Below are positions 10,279 through 20,658 of a stretch of DNA of 64,000 nucleotides, piece by piece. The DNA comes from Sedimentisphaerales bacterium (GTDB lineage Bacteria > Planctomycetota > Phycisphaerae > Sedimentisphaerales > Anaerobacaceae). The notes under the pieces were generated by a model. The model worked only from the letters and a program-made list of their open reading frames with translations, had not been told where the DNA came from and ran no database searches. The translations under genes were made by a program, and so were the position numbers. The DNA lies in NCBI GenBank assembly GCA_963708075.1, contig OY970194.1, positions 6,560,001-6,624,000 of the forward strand, in the 5' to 3' direction. Within the stretch, counting starts at the first letter, position 1. The number at the start of each line of letters is the position of its first letter.

Positions 10279-11055
10279 ATGAACACGCGACATCTATCCA
10301 TCATCAGCGCCTGGCTCATGCTGCTGGCGTTGGTCTGGCCCGCGCAGGCAGTGGAGGTGACTGTCCAGGTGGAGAACCTGGCGCCCGAGGGCGGCGTTTA
10401 CCTTTCGCCAATGTGGGTCGGCTTCGATGGTCCGCAATTCAGGCTGTTCACGACAACCAATGCAGGTACTCCCAGCCCCGGGCTGACGCGGCTGGCTACG
10501 GACGGGGATGCATCGCTGCTCCAGCAGGAATTCCAAAACACCGTCCAGGATGGCGTGGAAGGGCTCATCGGCACCGGGCCGGACTCGCCGAACGCGCCGA
10601 ACTTCGCCCCGGGCACGACAGGCCAACGCACGTTCGATCTGGACCCGGGAACCAACCAATTCATGAACTTCGCCGCGAAAGTCTATCCCGGCGCAACCAC
10701 TTTCATCGCAAGCACAAGCCAGATCGATCTCTTCGATGACGAGGGCCGGTTCAACGGCAAGCAGATCATCACGATCCTCGGCACCGATGTCATGGAAGCG
10801 CCTGCGTCCGGCACAAGCACAACCCGCGCGGCGACAAATCGGTCGGGCCTCACGATCACCGGCGGCAATAACGGATCACCTGTCACCACTGCCAACCTGC
10901 CCGGCGTCGTCTTTGATCCCGTGGCGTCGAACCTCGAGCTGCCCGGCACGGTGGTCGCCAGGATCACGGTCGTGCCCGAGCCGGCCACCATCTTCCTGCT
11001 CGCCGGCGGCAGCCTGATCCTGCTTCGCAGACGCTCGCAGATAAGTCAGAAGTAG
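10279..11055 (+). CDS. spondin-N domain PEP-CTERM protein
   Basis: Signal peptide, V.VENLAP...LSP.WVGF and LA.DGD spondin motifs, C-terminal VPEPATIFLLAGGSLILLRRRS. Confidence 0.85.
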   Translation: MNTRHLSIISAWLMLLALVWPAQAVEVTVQVENLAPEGGVYLSPMWVGFDGPQFRLFTTTNAGTPSPGLTRLATDGDASLLQQEFQNTVQDGVEGLIGTGPDSPNAPNFAPGTTGQRTFDLDPGTNQFMNFAAKVYPGATTFIASTSQIDLFDDEGRFNGKQIITILGTDVMEAPASGTSTTRAATNRSGLTITGGNNGSPVTTANLPGVVFDPVASNLELPGTVVARITVVPEPATIFLLAGGSLILLRRRSQISQK

Positions 11056-11258
11056 TGGAGGATAACGACGACAACGATCTTGAACCTGTTTTGCGAGCCG
11101 GTGCGACGGGGCTACCCCCAACACATCGGCTCGCCGTATTTCCTGGGACCTCCAGCCGAATAAGCCCTGCTATGTCACCCCCCGCACGGGCGGGGGGCCA
11201 GGATCGTTCGATGGTGGCTGAATTTGCGCCTCCTCTGAAAAGAGCGTGGCGTCAACAT

Positions 11259-11331
11259 GTAGGGTGGGTTCTCAACCCACGCGTCAAGAAGGCTTCGCTT
11301 GGTGACCACGTGGGTCAAGGACCCACCCTGC
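11259..11331. repeat. GTAG-type REP doublet
   Basis: gtagggtgggttctcaacccacgcg with inverted partner cacgtgggtcaaggacccaccctgc. Further copies at 18246-18270 and 21350-21375. Confidence 0.75.
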
Positions 11332-11459
11332 GAGCTCGCAGGGTGGTTGGATGCGTCCAGAGGCTCTTGAGTTTCGGGTGGCATCGGCAGGCTCCGCAGG
11401 CTACAGCTTGCCGCTGCCAACCGTTGCTCTTTATCTTGACAGGGCAGGCCTCTGTGAAA

Positions 11460-14078
11460 TCACCGCTGTGCGACTTTGAACTGGACCTCCTGACCGGCCT
11501 GGAGTTGCAGGGGCTCTTTGAATTCGCGTGAGCCGTGATCGCTCAGGTTGAATCGGGACAAGCTGAGCGTGCCGCCCAGGACGGACAGCCCCACGTTCAT
11601 GCTCCTGCCGGCCTTCTTGAGCGAGCACGTGCCCCAGGCGTAGCCATTTGACCAGAAGCACGTGCCCTTGCCGGCGGCGAAGGTCATGGACTTATCCACG
11701 CCGGAATACCGGAATCCCGTGAGTGCGGGCACGGCGGCCCAGCTTGCCATCGCGCGGGCGTAGTGATGGCCGCACTCCGCCTCGTCGAAGGGGCTTCGCT
11801 TGCCTCCGTCGTAGCGATCGCGGATGTTCCGGATGCATTTGAGACCTTCGTCGGTCTGACCCTCGTACAGCATTCCGACGGCGGCGGTGTATTCGAAGCC
11901 GGTCATGACCTCGCTGAAATAGGGGAACGGGTTGGCCGGCCGGTCTTTCGGGTAATCGGCCATCAGCAGGACCGACTCGTCGCCCAGGGCGAAGCTCCGC
12001 ATGCAGTTGAAATGGCCGAAGAGGTTCCCCCGGTAGTTGTATTTCATGATGCTCTGGAGCGTCTTGCGGACGTGCTGCGGCTCGACGAGATAGCCCAGCC
12101 CGAGAACGTGAGCCATGTACTGGCCGACGAGCTGATCGACGAGGCAGCCGGACCCGAGCTGATAGTCCGGCTTAGTGGGGTCCTTGGCGCCCATGCCCAC
12201 CTGCAGAGCCGCGGCGACATCGGACTCACTCTTGGGCGGGCGAATGTGATGCTCGTAGTATTCGCCGTTGAACAGGTTGGCGTCGATCCACGCCTTGCCC
12301 TTTGTGAAGAGGTCGTGGCAGGTGTCCGCGAATTCTTTGTCGCCGATGTACCGGGCCATCTCTTCGGACGCCCGCAGCGCGCCGAGGTACCAGATTCCCA
12401 TCTGCGGATTTGGCCCGTAGTACTCCACGTCCATCGTGTTATGCTGGCAGCCCTCCATGACGCCGTCCTTGTCCGCGTCCCAGCCGCCGGGAATCCAGCA
12501 GAACTCGACCGCCTTCTTCACGTGCGGCCAGAGCGTCTTGAGCATCTGGTCGTCGCCCGAGAGCTGCCAGTCGCGATACATTTTCATGATGCAGCCCATC
12601 TGCCCGTCGGCGGCGGCCTTGCCGAACTCCTTCGCCCGCTCCAGCGGCAGGTTCACACGGAAAGCCATCATCCCATCGTCATTCGTGGCCTGGGCGAACT
12701 CGATCTCACGCATCGACTTTGCCAGGCTGCCGAACAGGAACGCCGTTGCCTGCTCGTAGTTCCACACGTGCGTGCATGAGCCGTGACAGCAGCCGCCCTT
12801 GTTGTTGCAGCCCTCGAACCCGTAGAATCGCCCGTCCTCCGTGCGGAAACACGTCTGCGTGCGCAGCGTGCTGATGTTGAAGAGCGCCGCCTCCTTGACT
12901 ACCTCGGGCAGATCGCTATCGCAGAACGCCCGAACGAAGCGGACGGTCTTCTCCTCCAGACTGCTCAGTTGCGGGGCCGTCTTCTCCGCGACCTCCCAGG
13001 CGTCCTTGTATTGAGTCGTGTAATAATTGCCGATCCGGTCCTGCTCGTTGTTCTTGGGCGTCCACGTCATGCGATTGGGGAAGTGCCAGGTGATCAGGAA
13101 CGTCACCGGCACGGCCCGCTTCGCCGGCAACTCGATGCTTGTCGCCAGCGACGCTATCGGCATGTCCTCGCCCGTGGCCGGCCGCTCGTCGAGTCTGCCG
13201 TCGGCGCTGAAGTCGTCCCAGAAGTCGAGCGCCGAGCTGCCCCAGCCGCCGGGAATCCACGAGATCCGATGCGTGATGCCGCCCCTGGCGGTAGTCGTCA
13301 AGGCGATCGTGCCCCATTGTTGCGCCTTCTGGGCGACGCCCTCAGAAGACATGAAGATGCCGCTGACAGCCTGTCCCTCGCGGAACTCATTGCGATTGGC
13401 CTTGGCCCCGCCTTGCCCCGCGCCGTCATTGCCGATGAAGTTGGGCAGGACGCCGCAGACGGAAGCCTGGAGAGGCTTATCCGTCCTGTTACGGAGCACA
13501 TATCGCAGGACCGCCACCGGAATACCGCTCGACTCCGGATCTGCCGGCACCAGTGGATTGAACGCCTGCAACGTGACATCGATGGGCATATCCGGATCGG
13601 CCAGCTTCACCTGCCCCAGCGGATAGGCCGCGGCGAAGCTGCACTGCCTGAATCGCGGCAACCCATGATTCACGGCCGCGCTGCCACTGGCGCCCTCATA
13701 GAGGGAGAGGGGAATGGGTCCCTCCAGCCCTCTCGCATACGTCCGCCCTGCGCCGTCCTTCACGAACACAACAAAGCACGGCCCGAACGATCTGACCGGC
13801 ACGAACCCTTTCGACGGCCGGTTCATGATCTCCCAATCGCGCAAATTCCCTCGCCCGCCCAGCGACACCGTCCCCGTCCCAATCCCCCCCAGCGGCAGCG
13901 CAATCGCCTCCAGATGCTGCTCGTCATACTTCTTCAAAATCGGCCAATCAGTCATGGCACGCTTATCGGCCTGCGCACCTCGAATCACAGGATCGTCCTG
14001 GGCGGATAGCGAGGTCAGTGGCGATACGCAGCAAAGAACTGCAGCCAACACGAAACAGAAAAGGAAATGCCGATTCAT
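11460..14078 (-). CDS. GH116 family glycoside hydrolase (non-lysosomal glucosylceramidase-like), secreted
   Basis: PLGGIGTG, W+IMNRP, GSCTHVWNY, AADGQ.G, QHNTMDVE, CL.DQL.GQ and EAECGHHYARAM motifs. Signal peptide. Confidence 0.9.
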   Translation of the reverse strand: MNRHFLFCFVLAAVLCCVSPLTSLSAQDDPVIRGAQADKRAMTDWPILKKYDEQHLEAIALPLGGIGTGTVSLGGRGNLRDWEIMNRPSKGFVPVRSFGPCFVVFVKDGAGRTYARGLEGPIPLSLYEGASGSAAVNHGLPRFRQCSFAAAYPLGQVKLADPDMPIDVTLQAFNPLVPADPESSGIPVAVLRYVLRNRTDKPLQASVCGVLPNFIGNDGAGQGGAKANRNEFREGQAVSGIFMSSEGVAQKAQQWGTIALTTTARGGITHRISWIPGGWGSSALDFWDDFSADGRLDERPATGEDMPIASLATSIELPAKRAVPVTFLITWHFPNRMTWTPKNNEQDRIGNYYTTQYKDAWEVAEKTAPQLSSLEEKTVRFVRAFCDSDLPEVVKEAALFNISTLRTQTCFRTEDGRFYGFEGCNNKGGCCHGSCTHVWNYEQATAFLFGSLAKSMREIEFAQATNDDGMMAFRVNLPLERAKEFGKAAADGQMGCIMKMYRDWQLSGDDQMLKTLWPHVKKAVEFCWIPGGWDADKDGVMEGCQHNTMDVEYYGPNPQMGIWYLGALRASEEMARYIGDKEFADTCHDLFTKGKAWIDANLFNGEYYEHHIRPPKSESDVAAALQVGMGAKDPTKPDYQLGSGCLVDQLVGQYMAHVLGLGYLVEPQHVRKTLQSIMKYNYRGNLFGHFNCMRSFALGDESVLLMADYPKDRPANPFPYFSEVMTGFEYTAAVGMLYEGQTDEGLKCIRNIRDRYDGGKRSPFDEAECGHHYARAMASWAAVPALTGFRYSGVDKSMTFAAGKGTCFWSNGYAWGTCSLKKAGRSMNVGLSVLGGTLSLSRFNLSDHGSREFKEPLQLQAGQEVQFKVAQR

Positions 14079-14466
14079 AGTGTCCTCCTGACAAGACGTC
14101 ACAACTCCTGAACACACAATCACTCGCTCGGCAATATATTCTTCCGCCATGATCATGGCAACCGAAATAGCTCCGTTGGAGTCTCTGCGCGCTCCAGGTG
14201 CGGTCGACGTGCGGTGGCGGCGTGTAGCCGCCGTGTGCGAACCGCCCTCTTTCGTCCCTTACGGGACTGGCTTTTATCCTTGGCTCCGGTTCCCCAGCGA
14301 TGAATCGCTGGGCTATTCTCTATCGCCCTGCGGGCTTGGACTGTACCATATTTGATCGTGCCAAGCCTAAGATCAAGCTGGGCTATTCTCTATCGCCCTG
14401 CGGGCTTGGACTGCACCCCAGTCCTCTTGCGTCGGCCCATCCGCCCCACAGGGGCGATCGACACTA

Positions 14467-15612
14467 AGTAGGTAGCCAAAAGTTTTCACAGGAACGATTC
14501 TCTTCGCGTGTATGATGGGGTACATGCGAAGAACGAAGAGCGCCTCAGAACGTGGTTTCGATCGATATGATAAACATCGTCTTACGCGGGCCTTACAGGG
14601 GGTCGCTGACATTCGCACCTACCGGCGTATCGAAGCGATCCTGTTGGTGGCCCAGGGTCGGACGGTTCCGGAAGCAGCGCAGATCACCGGGACCCGGCCG
14701 TGGAGCGTCTATCGCTGGGTGCGGGCCTATCTGCACACCCATTGTCCAGACCGCCTGCAGGACGCACCGCGTTCCGGACGGCCTCCGGTCGCCACGCCGA
14801 TCACGGACGCCCGTCTGGTACGCGAGTTCCGCCGGGACCCGATGCGTTTGGGCTATCGCGCCACGGGTTGGACGGTGTCCTTGCTGGCAGATCACCTCCA
14901 GCAAAGGTACGGGTGTGCAATCTCGCCTCGTACCCTGCGGCGGCGGATGCGGGACTTGGATCTGCGGTGGAAACGTCCCCGGTATGTCTATGCGACCAAG
15001 GACCCGAACCGAGCCCAGAAAAAGGGGGCCTGGTTCGCCGCCTGAAACGGATGCCGGCGCTGGCGGTGCTGTTGTTTTCGGATGCGACCATCCTCCGCTG
15101 GTTTCCGCCCTTGCGCTATGTGTGGGCGTTTCGCGGCGAACAGGCGCAGGTCAAGATCACGGGCCAAAACGACAAACGGGTTCTGTTCGGCACGATCAAT
15201 CCACGAACCGGACACCGGGTGGTCCTGCGTCGGCCCCGCCAGCGGCAAGAGGACTTTCAAGCCTTCCTGCGGGAGTTGCGGCGACGGTATCCCGGACGCC
15301 CGATTTGGCTGTTGCTGGACAAGGCCTCTTTTCATCAGGCGATCAAAAGCCAACGACTGGCCACCCACTTGGAGGTGACCCTCTTGTGGTTGCCGAAGCA
15401 GTGCCCGGAACTGAACTCTCAGGATCATCTCTGGAAGGAGTTGAAACGGTTGATTGCGGCCAATCGCCAGTTCCAAACGATTGATGATGAGGCGGCCTAC
15501 GCGGAACAGTGGCTCTTGGGACTAACTGCGACCCAGGGCCTCCGCAAAGCCGGTGTCTTGTCGGCGGATTTCTGGCTCAAGGCTTTTGTGTGAAGACTTT
15601 TGGCTACCTACT
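14467..15612 (+). mobile_element. IS630-family insertion sequence, 1146 bp, TA target duplication
   Basis: IRL AGTAGGTAGCCAAAAGTTTTCACA and IRR TGTGAAGACTTTTGGCTACCTACT (23/24 match). TA at 14465-66 and 15613-14. Empty homologous site gacac-TA-gccc at about 23093. Confidence 0.95.
14512..15593 (+). CDS. IS630 transposase (HTH ORF plus DDE ORF joined by -1 frameshift)
   Basis: ORF1 has winged-HTH motifs (DAPRSGRP, WT...L, LRWKRPR). ORF2 has FSDA, LDKA.FH and LP...PELN.QDH.W. Slippery AAAAAGGGGG at 15019-15028. Confidence 0.9.
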
Positions 15613-15751
15613 TAGCCCACCGTTTCAACGGTGGGTACCGATAGCCAATCATATCTCATAGCCCCGCAGGGGCGAAAGAAGACTGGGCTGCGCTCTTGTG
15701 TCGGGTGGAATCGCAACCCACCACCGTACGCCGGCCGCACCCCCGTGACAA

Positions 15752-15947
15752 GTGTGCGACTAAGTTTCGTGGGCCCCGATGGCTTCGCAGGGCGGGCGAG
15801 GACGCCCACCCTACACCCGGAGCCGTCGGCGCTCTTCGTAGGTCGTGCGTCCCCGCACGACCCTCTTGGCCCTAGGTGAATACGCGTCGAAACGCACGGT
15901 TTCTCACCCGGTCAGCGGAATCTGCCCCACGAGATTTAGTCGCACAC
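15752..15947. mobile_element. MITE copy 1 (196 bp, 8-bp TSD CGTGACAA)
   Basis: TIR gtgtgcgactaagtttcgtgg / ccacgagatttagtcgcacac. TSD at 15744-51 and 15948-55. Confidence 0.9.
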
Positions 15948-15973
15948 CGTGACAACCGGGCCGATTTTTTTTG

Positions 15974-16001
15974 TTGACATTCATCGGTGGGGGGATAGAA
16001 T
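15974..16001 (+). promoter_or_regulatory. sigma70-like promoter
   Basis: TTGACA-16 bp-TAGAAT upstream of the CDS at 16315. Confidence 0.55.
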
Positions 16002-16314
16002 CCTTACCTACAGGAGTGGTGGTGGGAAGTCGGCAGGACGGCCGTTCAAACCCTTCCCTTTTTCATCGTTGGTATTTGGCTGCGCAATTGCGGGCCCGGG
16101 CAGAACAGAGGTGGGCTGCGCCCAGGTACAGGAGCAATGTGGCCGGATGCCAGATCGTCCAATCAACATGGCGGGCGGAGAAGGGAGGTGGACGTACTAC
16201 ATGCGGAAGCGAGAGCGATCCAGGGATTAATGTAGAAGGACCAGGGAGATTTTGTGTCCATGATGGCTGGCGGTCCGCAGCAAATGAAAAAGCAGAAGTT
16301 TACAGGAGAAGAAA

Positions 16315-16869
16315 ATGAAAAAGTCAATGTTAGCAGTTGCAGCGTTTGGTCTGTTGATCCTCAGTGCACCGGCGTGGGCCGACATTACCGTCGATCTGAT
16401 CGCAGACGGCGGGGACGTGGGATTCGACGCCGGGGACGTGGTCGTCTCGTATGACGGCGCCAATATTGTCGTCACGATCACGTCCGCCGCACCCTGGCTA
16501 CTGGCCGAGACGCACGTGGACGTGGCGGCAACTGCCGCCGATGTGCCGCAGAAGAACGGCAACCCGACCCCGGGCCAGTTTGCCTATGATGAGGAGGACG
16601 CAACTAGCGTCACAGATACCGTGCACGTATATACAATCCCCTACACCTTGGCAGCCGGCCAGTCTGTTGTCATCGCTGTCCATGCCGCCATCGAATATGT
16701 GGAGATCGTTGGAGTACCGGACGATTCCCTGGACAGGCCGCTGGATGACCCCGCGGACATCCTCTACGAGGAAACCGGCTGGGGTAGCGGTACGGACTTC
16801 GATGGCAAGAACTGGGCCATGTATATCGAAGGAACGTATGAGCAGTTGATCCCGGTCATCGTTCCGTAG
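16315..16869 (+). CDS. acidic secreted hypothetical protein
   Basis: AGGAG RBS, signal ending AWA, NGNP.PGQF and EETGWG.GT.F.GKNWAMY motifs. Confidence 0.8.
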   Translation: MKKSMLAVAAFGLLILSAPAWADITVDLIADGGDVGFDAGDVVVSYDGANIVVTITSAAPWLLAETHVDVAATAADVPQKNGNPTPGQFAYDEEDATSVTDTVHVYTIPYTLAAGQSVVIAVHAAIEYVEIVGVPDDSLDRPLDDPADILYEETGWGSGTDFDGKNWAMYIEGTYEQLIPVIVP

Positions 16870-16927
16870 ATGGAACGGATCACGTCAGACACAGGGTCAT
16901 GAGACCCGGCGGATTTGGGTTGATTGC

Positions 16928-16960
16928 AGGGCCGCAGGCAAAACGCTTGCGGCCCTTTCT
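16928..16960 (+). terminator. probable intrinsic terminator
   Basis: agggccgcaggc-aaaac-gcttgcggccct followed by a short T tract. Confidence 0.5.
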
Positions 16961-17383
16961 CCCGCCTCTTTCCGACCACGGAGAACACAAGAAAGCGATC
17001 AACCGCGAACCACGCGAAAAACGTCCCACGTATGTCATTCCCGCGCAGACGGCAATCCACGTCCTTTTTCTTCGACACGGATTCACTTATCAACATGCTG
17101 CTTGGCCTCAAAGCGACACACTCCCGCCTCGCCAGAGGCGGCAGGAGCGTTGGATATTGCACATCCTCAGATCTATCGGCTTCGCGCGATGCCGGTGAGC
17201 GAGAAAACCGGCGCCGTTACTCCCGACGTCGTAAGGAGTTAAGAGCAGCGGTGAAAATATGTAGCTATTTTTGTGGACAAATAACGTTCCATGCATTACG
17301 ATTTGACCATAGTCGTGTGGCAAGCGTTTCGGGCCGGCGGGGCGCTGCCGGCGGAGGATGGACAAAGATCGAAGGGAGAAACC

Positions 17384-18115
17384 ATGGCGCAAGCGAGTTG
17401 TCACAACTGTATTTACTCCTGCTGGGATCCGTGCCAGGCGATGCACAGCATGTCCCTGGGCTGGGCGCACCGGCCGATGTGCGCGAACCACCCGGATACT
17501 CCCGGCTTGATGCGCCCGACGCCCGTCGGCAAGACCTGCCGGAACTACCGGGTCAGGCCCGCCACGCCCGAAGGGGACATCAGGCGCATCCCATTCGGCG
17601 GCGGGCTGTACGCCTACGTGGACGCCGCCGATTATGAGTGGCTCAGCCAGTACCATTGGAGCCGGTTCAGCGGTGGATACGCCGCCCGGCGCGACAAGAC
17701 GGGCAAGTGGATCCTCATGCACCGCGAGATCATGCAGCCGCCGGAAGGGAAGGACGTGGACCACCACGACGGCAATAAGGCCAACAACTGCCGGTTCAAT
17801 CTTCGCATCTGTACGGGCGACGAGAACCGGCACAACCAGGCCCTGCGCTCCGACTCGACCTCCGGGTTCAAGGGCGTGAGCCGTGATAAACGCTCCGGCA
17901 AGTACCGTGCCAAATTCACGCACCGCGCCCATCACTTCTGGCTGGGCTATTTCGAGGATCCGGTGGAGGCGGCCCGGGCCTATGATTACAAGGCGGTCCA
18001 GTGTTGCGGCCCGTTCGCCCGCGTGAATCTGCCCGAGGAATGGCCCCCCGAGCGAATCCAGGAGGTTCACGCCGCGCACCAGGCCGAGCAGTCACGAACA
18101 GACGCTGATCCATGA
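17384..18115 (+). CDS. HNH endonuclease-AP2 domain protein with Cys-rich N-terminus
   Basis: MHREIM...VDHHDGNKANN...NLR (HNH) and SGFKGV...LGYFEDPVEAARAYD..A (AP2). GGGAG RBS. Confidence 0.9.
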   Translation: MAQASCHNCIYSCWDPCQAMHSMSLGWAHRPMCANHPDTPGLMRPTPVGKTCRNYRVRPATPEGDIRRIPFGGGLYAYVDAADYEWLSQYHWSRFSGGYAARRDKTGKWILMHREIMQPPEGKDVDHHDGNKANNCRFNLRICTGDENRHNQALRSDSTSGFKGVSRDKRSGKYRAKFTHRAHHFWLGYFEDPVEAARAYDYKAVQCCGPFARVNLPEEWPPERIQEVHAAHQAEQSRTDADP

Positions 18116-18770
18116 CGAAGTGGAGAGAAGTCTGGCGAGATGGCTGAGGTGATCCGGACAAGGGGAACCGCAGACACCGTCCCTTCGACAGGCTCAGGGC
18201 AGGCTCTGAGCGGAGCCGAAGGATCAACGCTGATGAACGCCGATTGTAGGGTGGGTTCTCAACCCACGCGTTCAATTCCCTCCAACCGCGAACCACGCGA
18301 GAAGGTCGCTCACGCAGAGACAAGACCGCAAGAACCTCCGAATGCCTATAATCCCGCCTCCCAGTCAAGCAACATGTGGGCAGGATTTGTCTCGGATAAT
18401 TCAAATGCAAAACATGACCCTGTTGCCATCTGTTGCCCTCCGCCGTATGCTCGGCGTCTTACTTCAAACATCAAACTTCACACCTCAAACCTATCCCCTA
18501 TCACTTCTCGCTTGCGGGCTCCACCCTCCTTTGGCATAATGGTTCCCAGAGAGGCACCTTTGACAAAGCTGCGATCAATGACAGTCCCGGCCCGCCGTGG
18601 GCCGGAGCGATGCGGTTTGGCCGAAATTCCTTGCATGGCCATAGAGGTGCGATGGCCGAGGGAAAAATGAGACAAGAAGACAGGCACCTAAGGCCGAAGC
18701 CAGACCCCTTTTTCTGGCGTCGTAACCGTGTGGAACCTGTTAGATTCTTGAAGGTTTCTCAAAATTGTTC

Positions 18771-18799
18771 TTGACCGGACATCGCAAAATTGCGATAAT
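18771..18799 (+). promoter_or_regulatory. TA promoter with palindromic operator
   Basis: TTGACC-17 bp-GATAAT, overlapped by the palindrome ATCGCAA-AA-TTGCGAT (18781-18796). Confidence 0.7.
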
Positions 18800-18814
18800 T
18801 CAAGTGGAGCAGTG

Positions 18815-19183
18815 ATGCCCAGGACGCTCGTGCTTGTCTACCAGGAGGAGGGCTCGGTGCCATTGCTCGAATGGCTGGACGGCCTGCCTGAAAGGGCGCA
18901 GGACAAGATCACGGCCAGAATCGAGCTTCTCGCCGAGCGTGGCCATGAGCTTCGAAGGCCTCATTGTGATTATCTGGAGCAAGAGGTATACGAGCTTCGA
19001 GTGAGGCTCGGCCACGTGCAGTACAGAATCTTGTATGGTTTCGTCGGCCGCAACGTCGTGCTGCTTTCGCACGGCTGCACAAAGGAAGACGCAGTGCCGA
19101 AAAGTGAGATCGCCCGGGCGTTGAGGAACCTGGCCGCCTACAAGAGCGCTCCGGCCAAACACACGTACAGTGAGCAAGAGTAA
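18815..19183 (+). CDS. type II toxin, RelE/HigB (Gp49-like) family
   Basis: P..EWLD.L...ELL.E.G..L.RP....L...VYELRV.....YRILY.F......LL.HG..K pattern. Confidence 0.85.
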   Translation: MPRTLVLVYQEEGSVPLLEWLDGLPERAQDKITARIELLAERGHELRRPHCDYLEQEVYELRVRLGHVQYRILYGFVGRNVVLLSHGCTKEDAVPKSEIARALRNLAAYKSAPAKHTYSEQE

Positions 19184-19515
19184 TGGCTAACAACAAGAAG
19201 GCTACAGACGCCGTCAGAATCCTTCACCGGCGATACATCAAGGGCAGCGAGAAGCGCCTGGCGTCCCTGGCTCGCGAGCGGGAGAACCTGCGAATTGCCG
19301 AGCAGATCTACGAGCTTCGCACCTCGGCGGGCCTCAGCCAGAAGGACCTGGCTCGCCTGGTCGGGACGACCCAGTCCGTCGTCAGCCGACTGGAGGACGC
19401 CGACTACGACGGCCACAGCCTCACCATGCTCGAACGAATCGCCCACGCCCTCCATCATCGGGTGTGTATCCACTTCGTCCCCCAGGACAAACCCTGCGCC
19501 CTCTCACGCCGATGA
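19183..19515 (+). CDS. XRE/HigA-type HTH antitoxin
   Basis: LR..AGLSQKDLA.LVGTTQSVVSRLE...HSL.ML.RIA.AL. TAATG overlap with the toxin gene. Confidence 0.85.
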   Translation: MANNKKATDAVRILHRRYIKGSEKRLASLARERENLRIAEQIYELRTSAGLSQKDLARLVGTTQSVVSRLEDADYDGHSLTMLERIAHALHHRVCIHFVPQDKPCALSRR

Positions 19516-19658
19516 CGCGGACCCCGCTCGGGATAATAGGACAGCAACCTATTAAAGATGAAAACAATCGGCGACTGTCACTAGTAACAGTCCCTTGATA
19601 GAGTGGTGAGGTCAGATGGATACAGATTTCTAAATGCCGATGACGAAGGAGACTTTTC

Positions 19659-20333
19659 ATGTCAGCATGCGAGGTTTCGGGGCAGGAAGGCAAAGAGCCC
19701 AAGGCCCCCATAATGGGACCGGCGAAGTCAAGGGGTTTTCGCGTCACCTTCGTGGTACTATCCTTGATTGGAGTGCTGCTGGCGGTCTGGGCGATCCATG
19801 TCTTGCGCGGACCTTCGGCCTCGGCTCTTTTCCGATGGTATGTCATGGACCCTATCCCGCCGTCAGTGACCCATATAAAGGTCGATCAGCCAAAGGCACA
19901 TGGAGGTTTTGGGTACGTCTTCCGCTTTGCTGTCAGTCAGGGCGATATCGAACATATCCGCAAGTCCCGGTCATTGCGCAAAACCCTGACCAGTATCAGC
20001 TACAACGATGTCCTCGATCTTTCGTGGGTATTCGAGGACGCCCCGTCCATTGTGCGTGGGCTTACGCCGTACCGCCCGGGGCAGCGCAGACCTTCCTGGT
20101 TCGACTTGGCGACATGGAAGGACCCGGAAGCGTATGCGTTGGTGCAGGTGGACTGGTCTGACAACGAAGACACGCAGATTCTGGTATACAACAGTGACCT
20201 GAAACAAGCATTCTTCATGGTATTTGATTACAGAGGGACAATGAACTTTGATTTTTCGCCCTTCGGCAAATATAGGGGCGGGCGGTACAAGTGGAATGAG
20301 GATAAGCCGTTGGACAAAAAGGAAAGAGGGTAA
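19659..20333 (+). CDS. hypothetical single-TM protein (start 19659 or 19713)
   Basis: 224-aa ORF with one N-terminal TM segment and AT-richer codons than the core genes. Confidence 0.6.
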   Translation: MSACEVSGQEGKEPKAPIMGPAKSRGFRVTFVVLSLIGVLLAVWAIHVLRGPSASALFRWYVMDPIPPSVTHIKVDQPKAHGGFGYVFRFAVSQGDIEHIRKSRSLRKTLTSISYNDVLDLSWVFEDAPSIVRGLTPYRPGQRRPSWFDLATWKDPEAYALVQVDWSDNEDTQILVYNSDLKQAFFMVFDYRGTMNFDFSPFGKYRGGRYKWNEDKPLDKKERG

Positions 20334-20658
20334 ATCTTAGTTCCGGGGACACAATACTCTATTGAAGCTAACAAGGGCGAAGGTCAGATTGCCAGTGTAC
20401 AGACTGGATTTCCGCCTGCGCAGGAATGCGTTCCTGCGCGAGATCGATTTCTTTCACATGGGAGGGGGACGGGGCCGCATCTTTAATTATATAATTATTT
20501 GGGGAGAGGCGGCCGGGGAATGATGGGGACATTCTACTTCTCTCGGAGCCGGACGGCTTGAATTCGGGACGAGGAACCGAAAAGCGATACGTGACAAAGG
20601 GGGAAGTTTGAAGTGTGAAGTTTGATATTTGAAGTGTCAAGAGGGGCGTGCGGCGGGG

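Larger units (their letters stand above)
14212..15712. repeat. composite palindromic repeat (TAGCCC/GCCC-n-GGGC units), interrupted by IS630
   Basis: Flanks 14212-14466 and 15613-15712 align with the uninterrupted copy at about 22765-23191. Confidence 0.85.

Noticed and set aside
17384..19515. Prophage remnant (HNH-AP2 plus Gp49-like toxin)
   Set aside because: No integrase, structural or replication genes are nearby.
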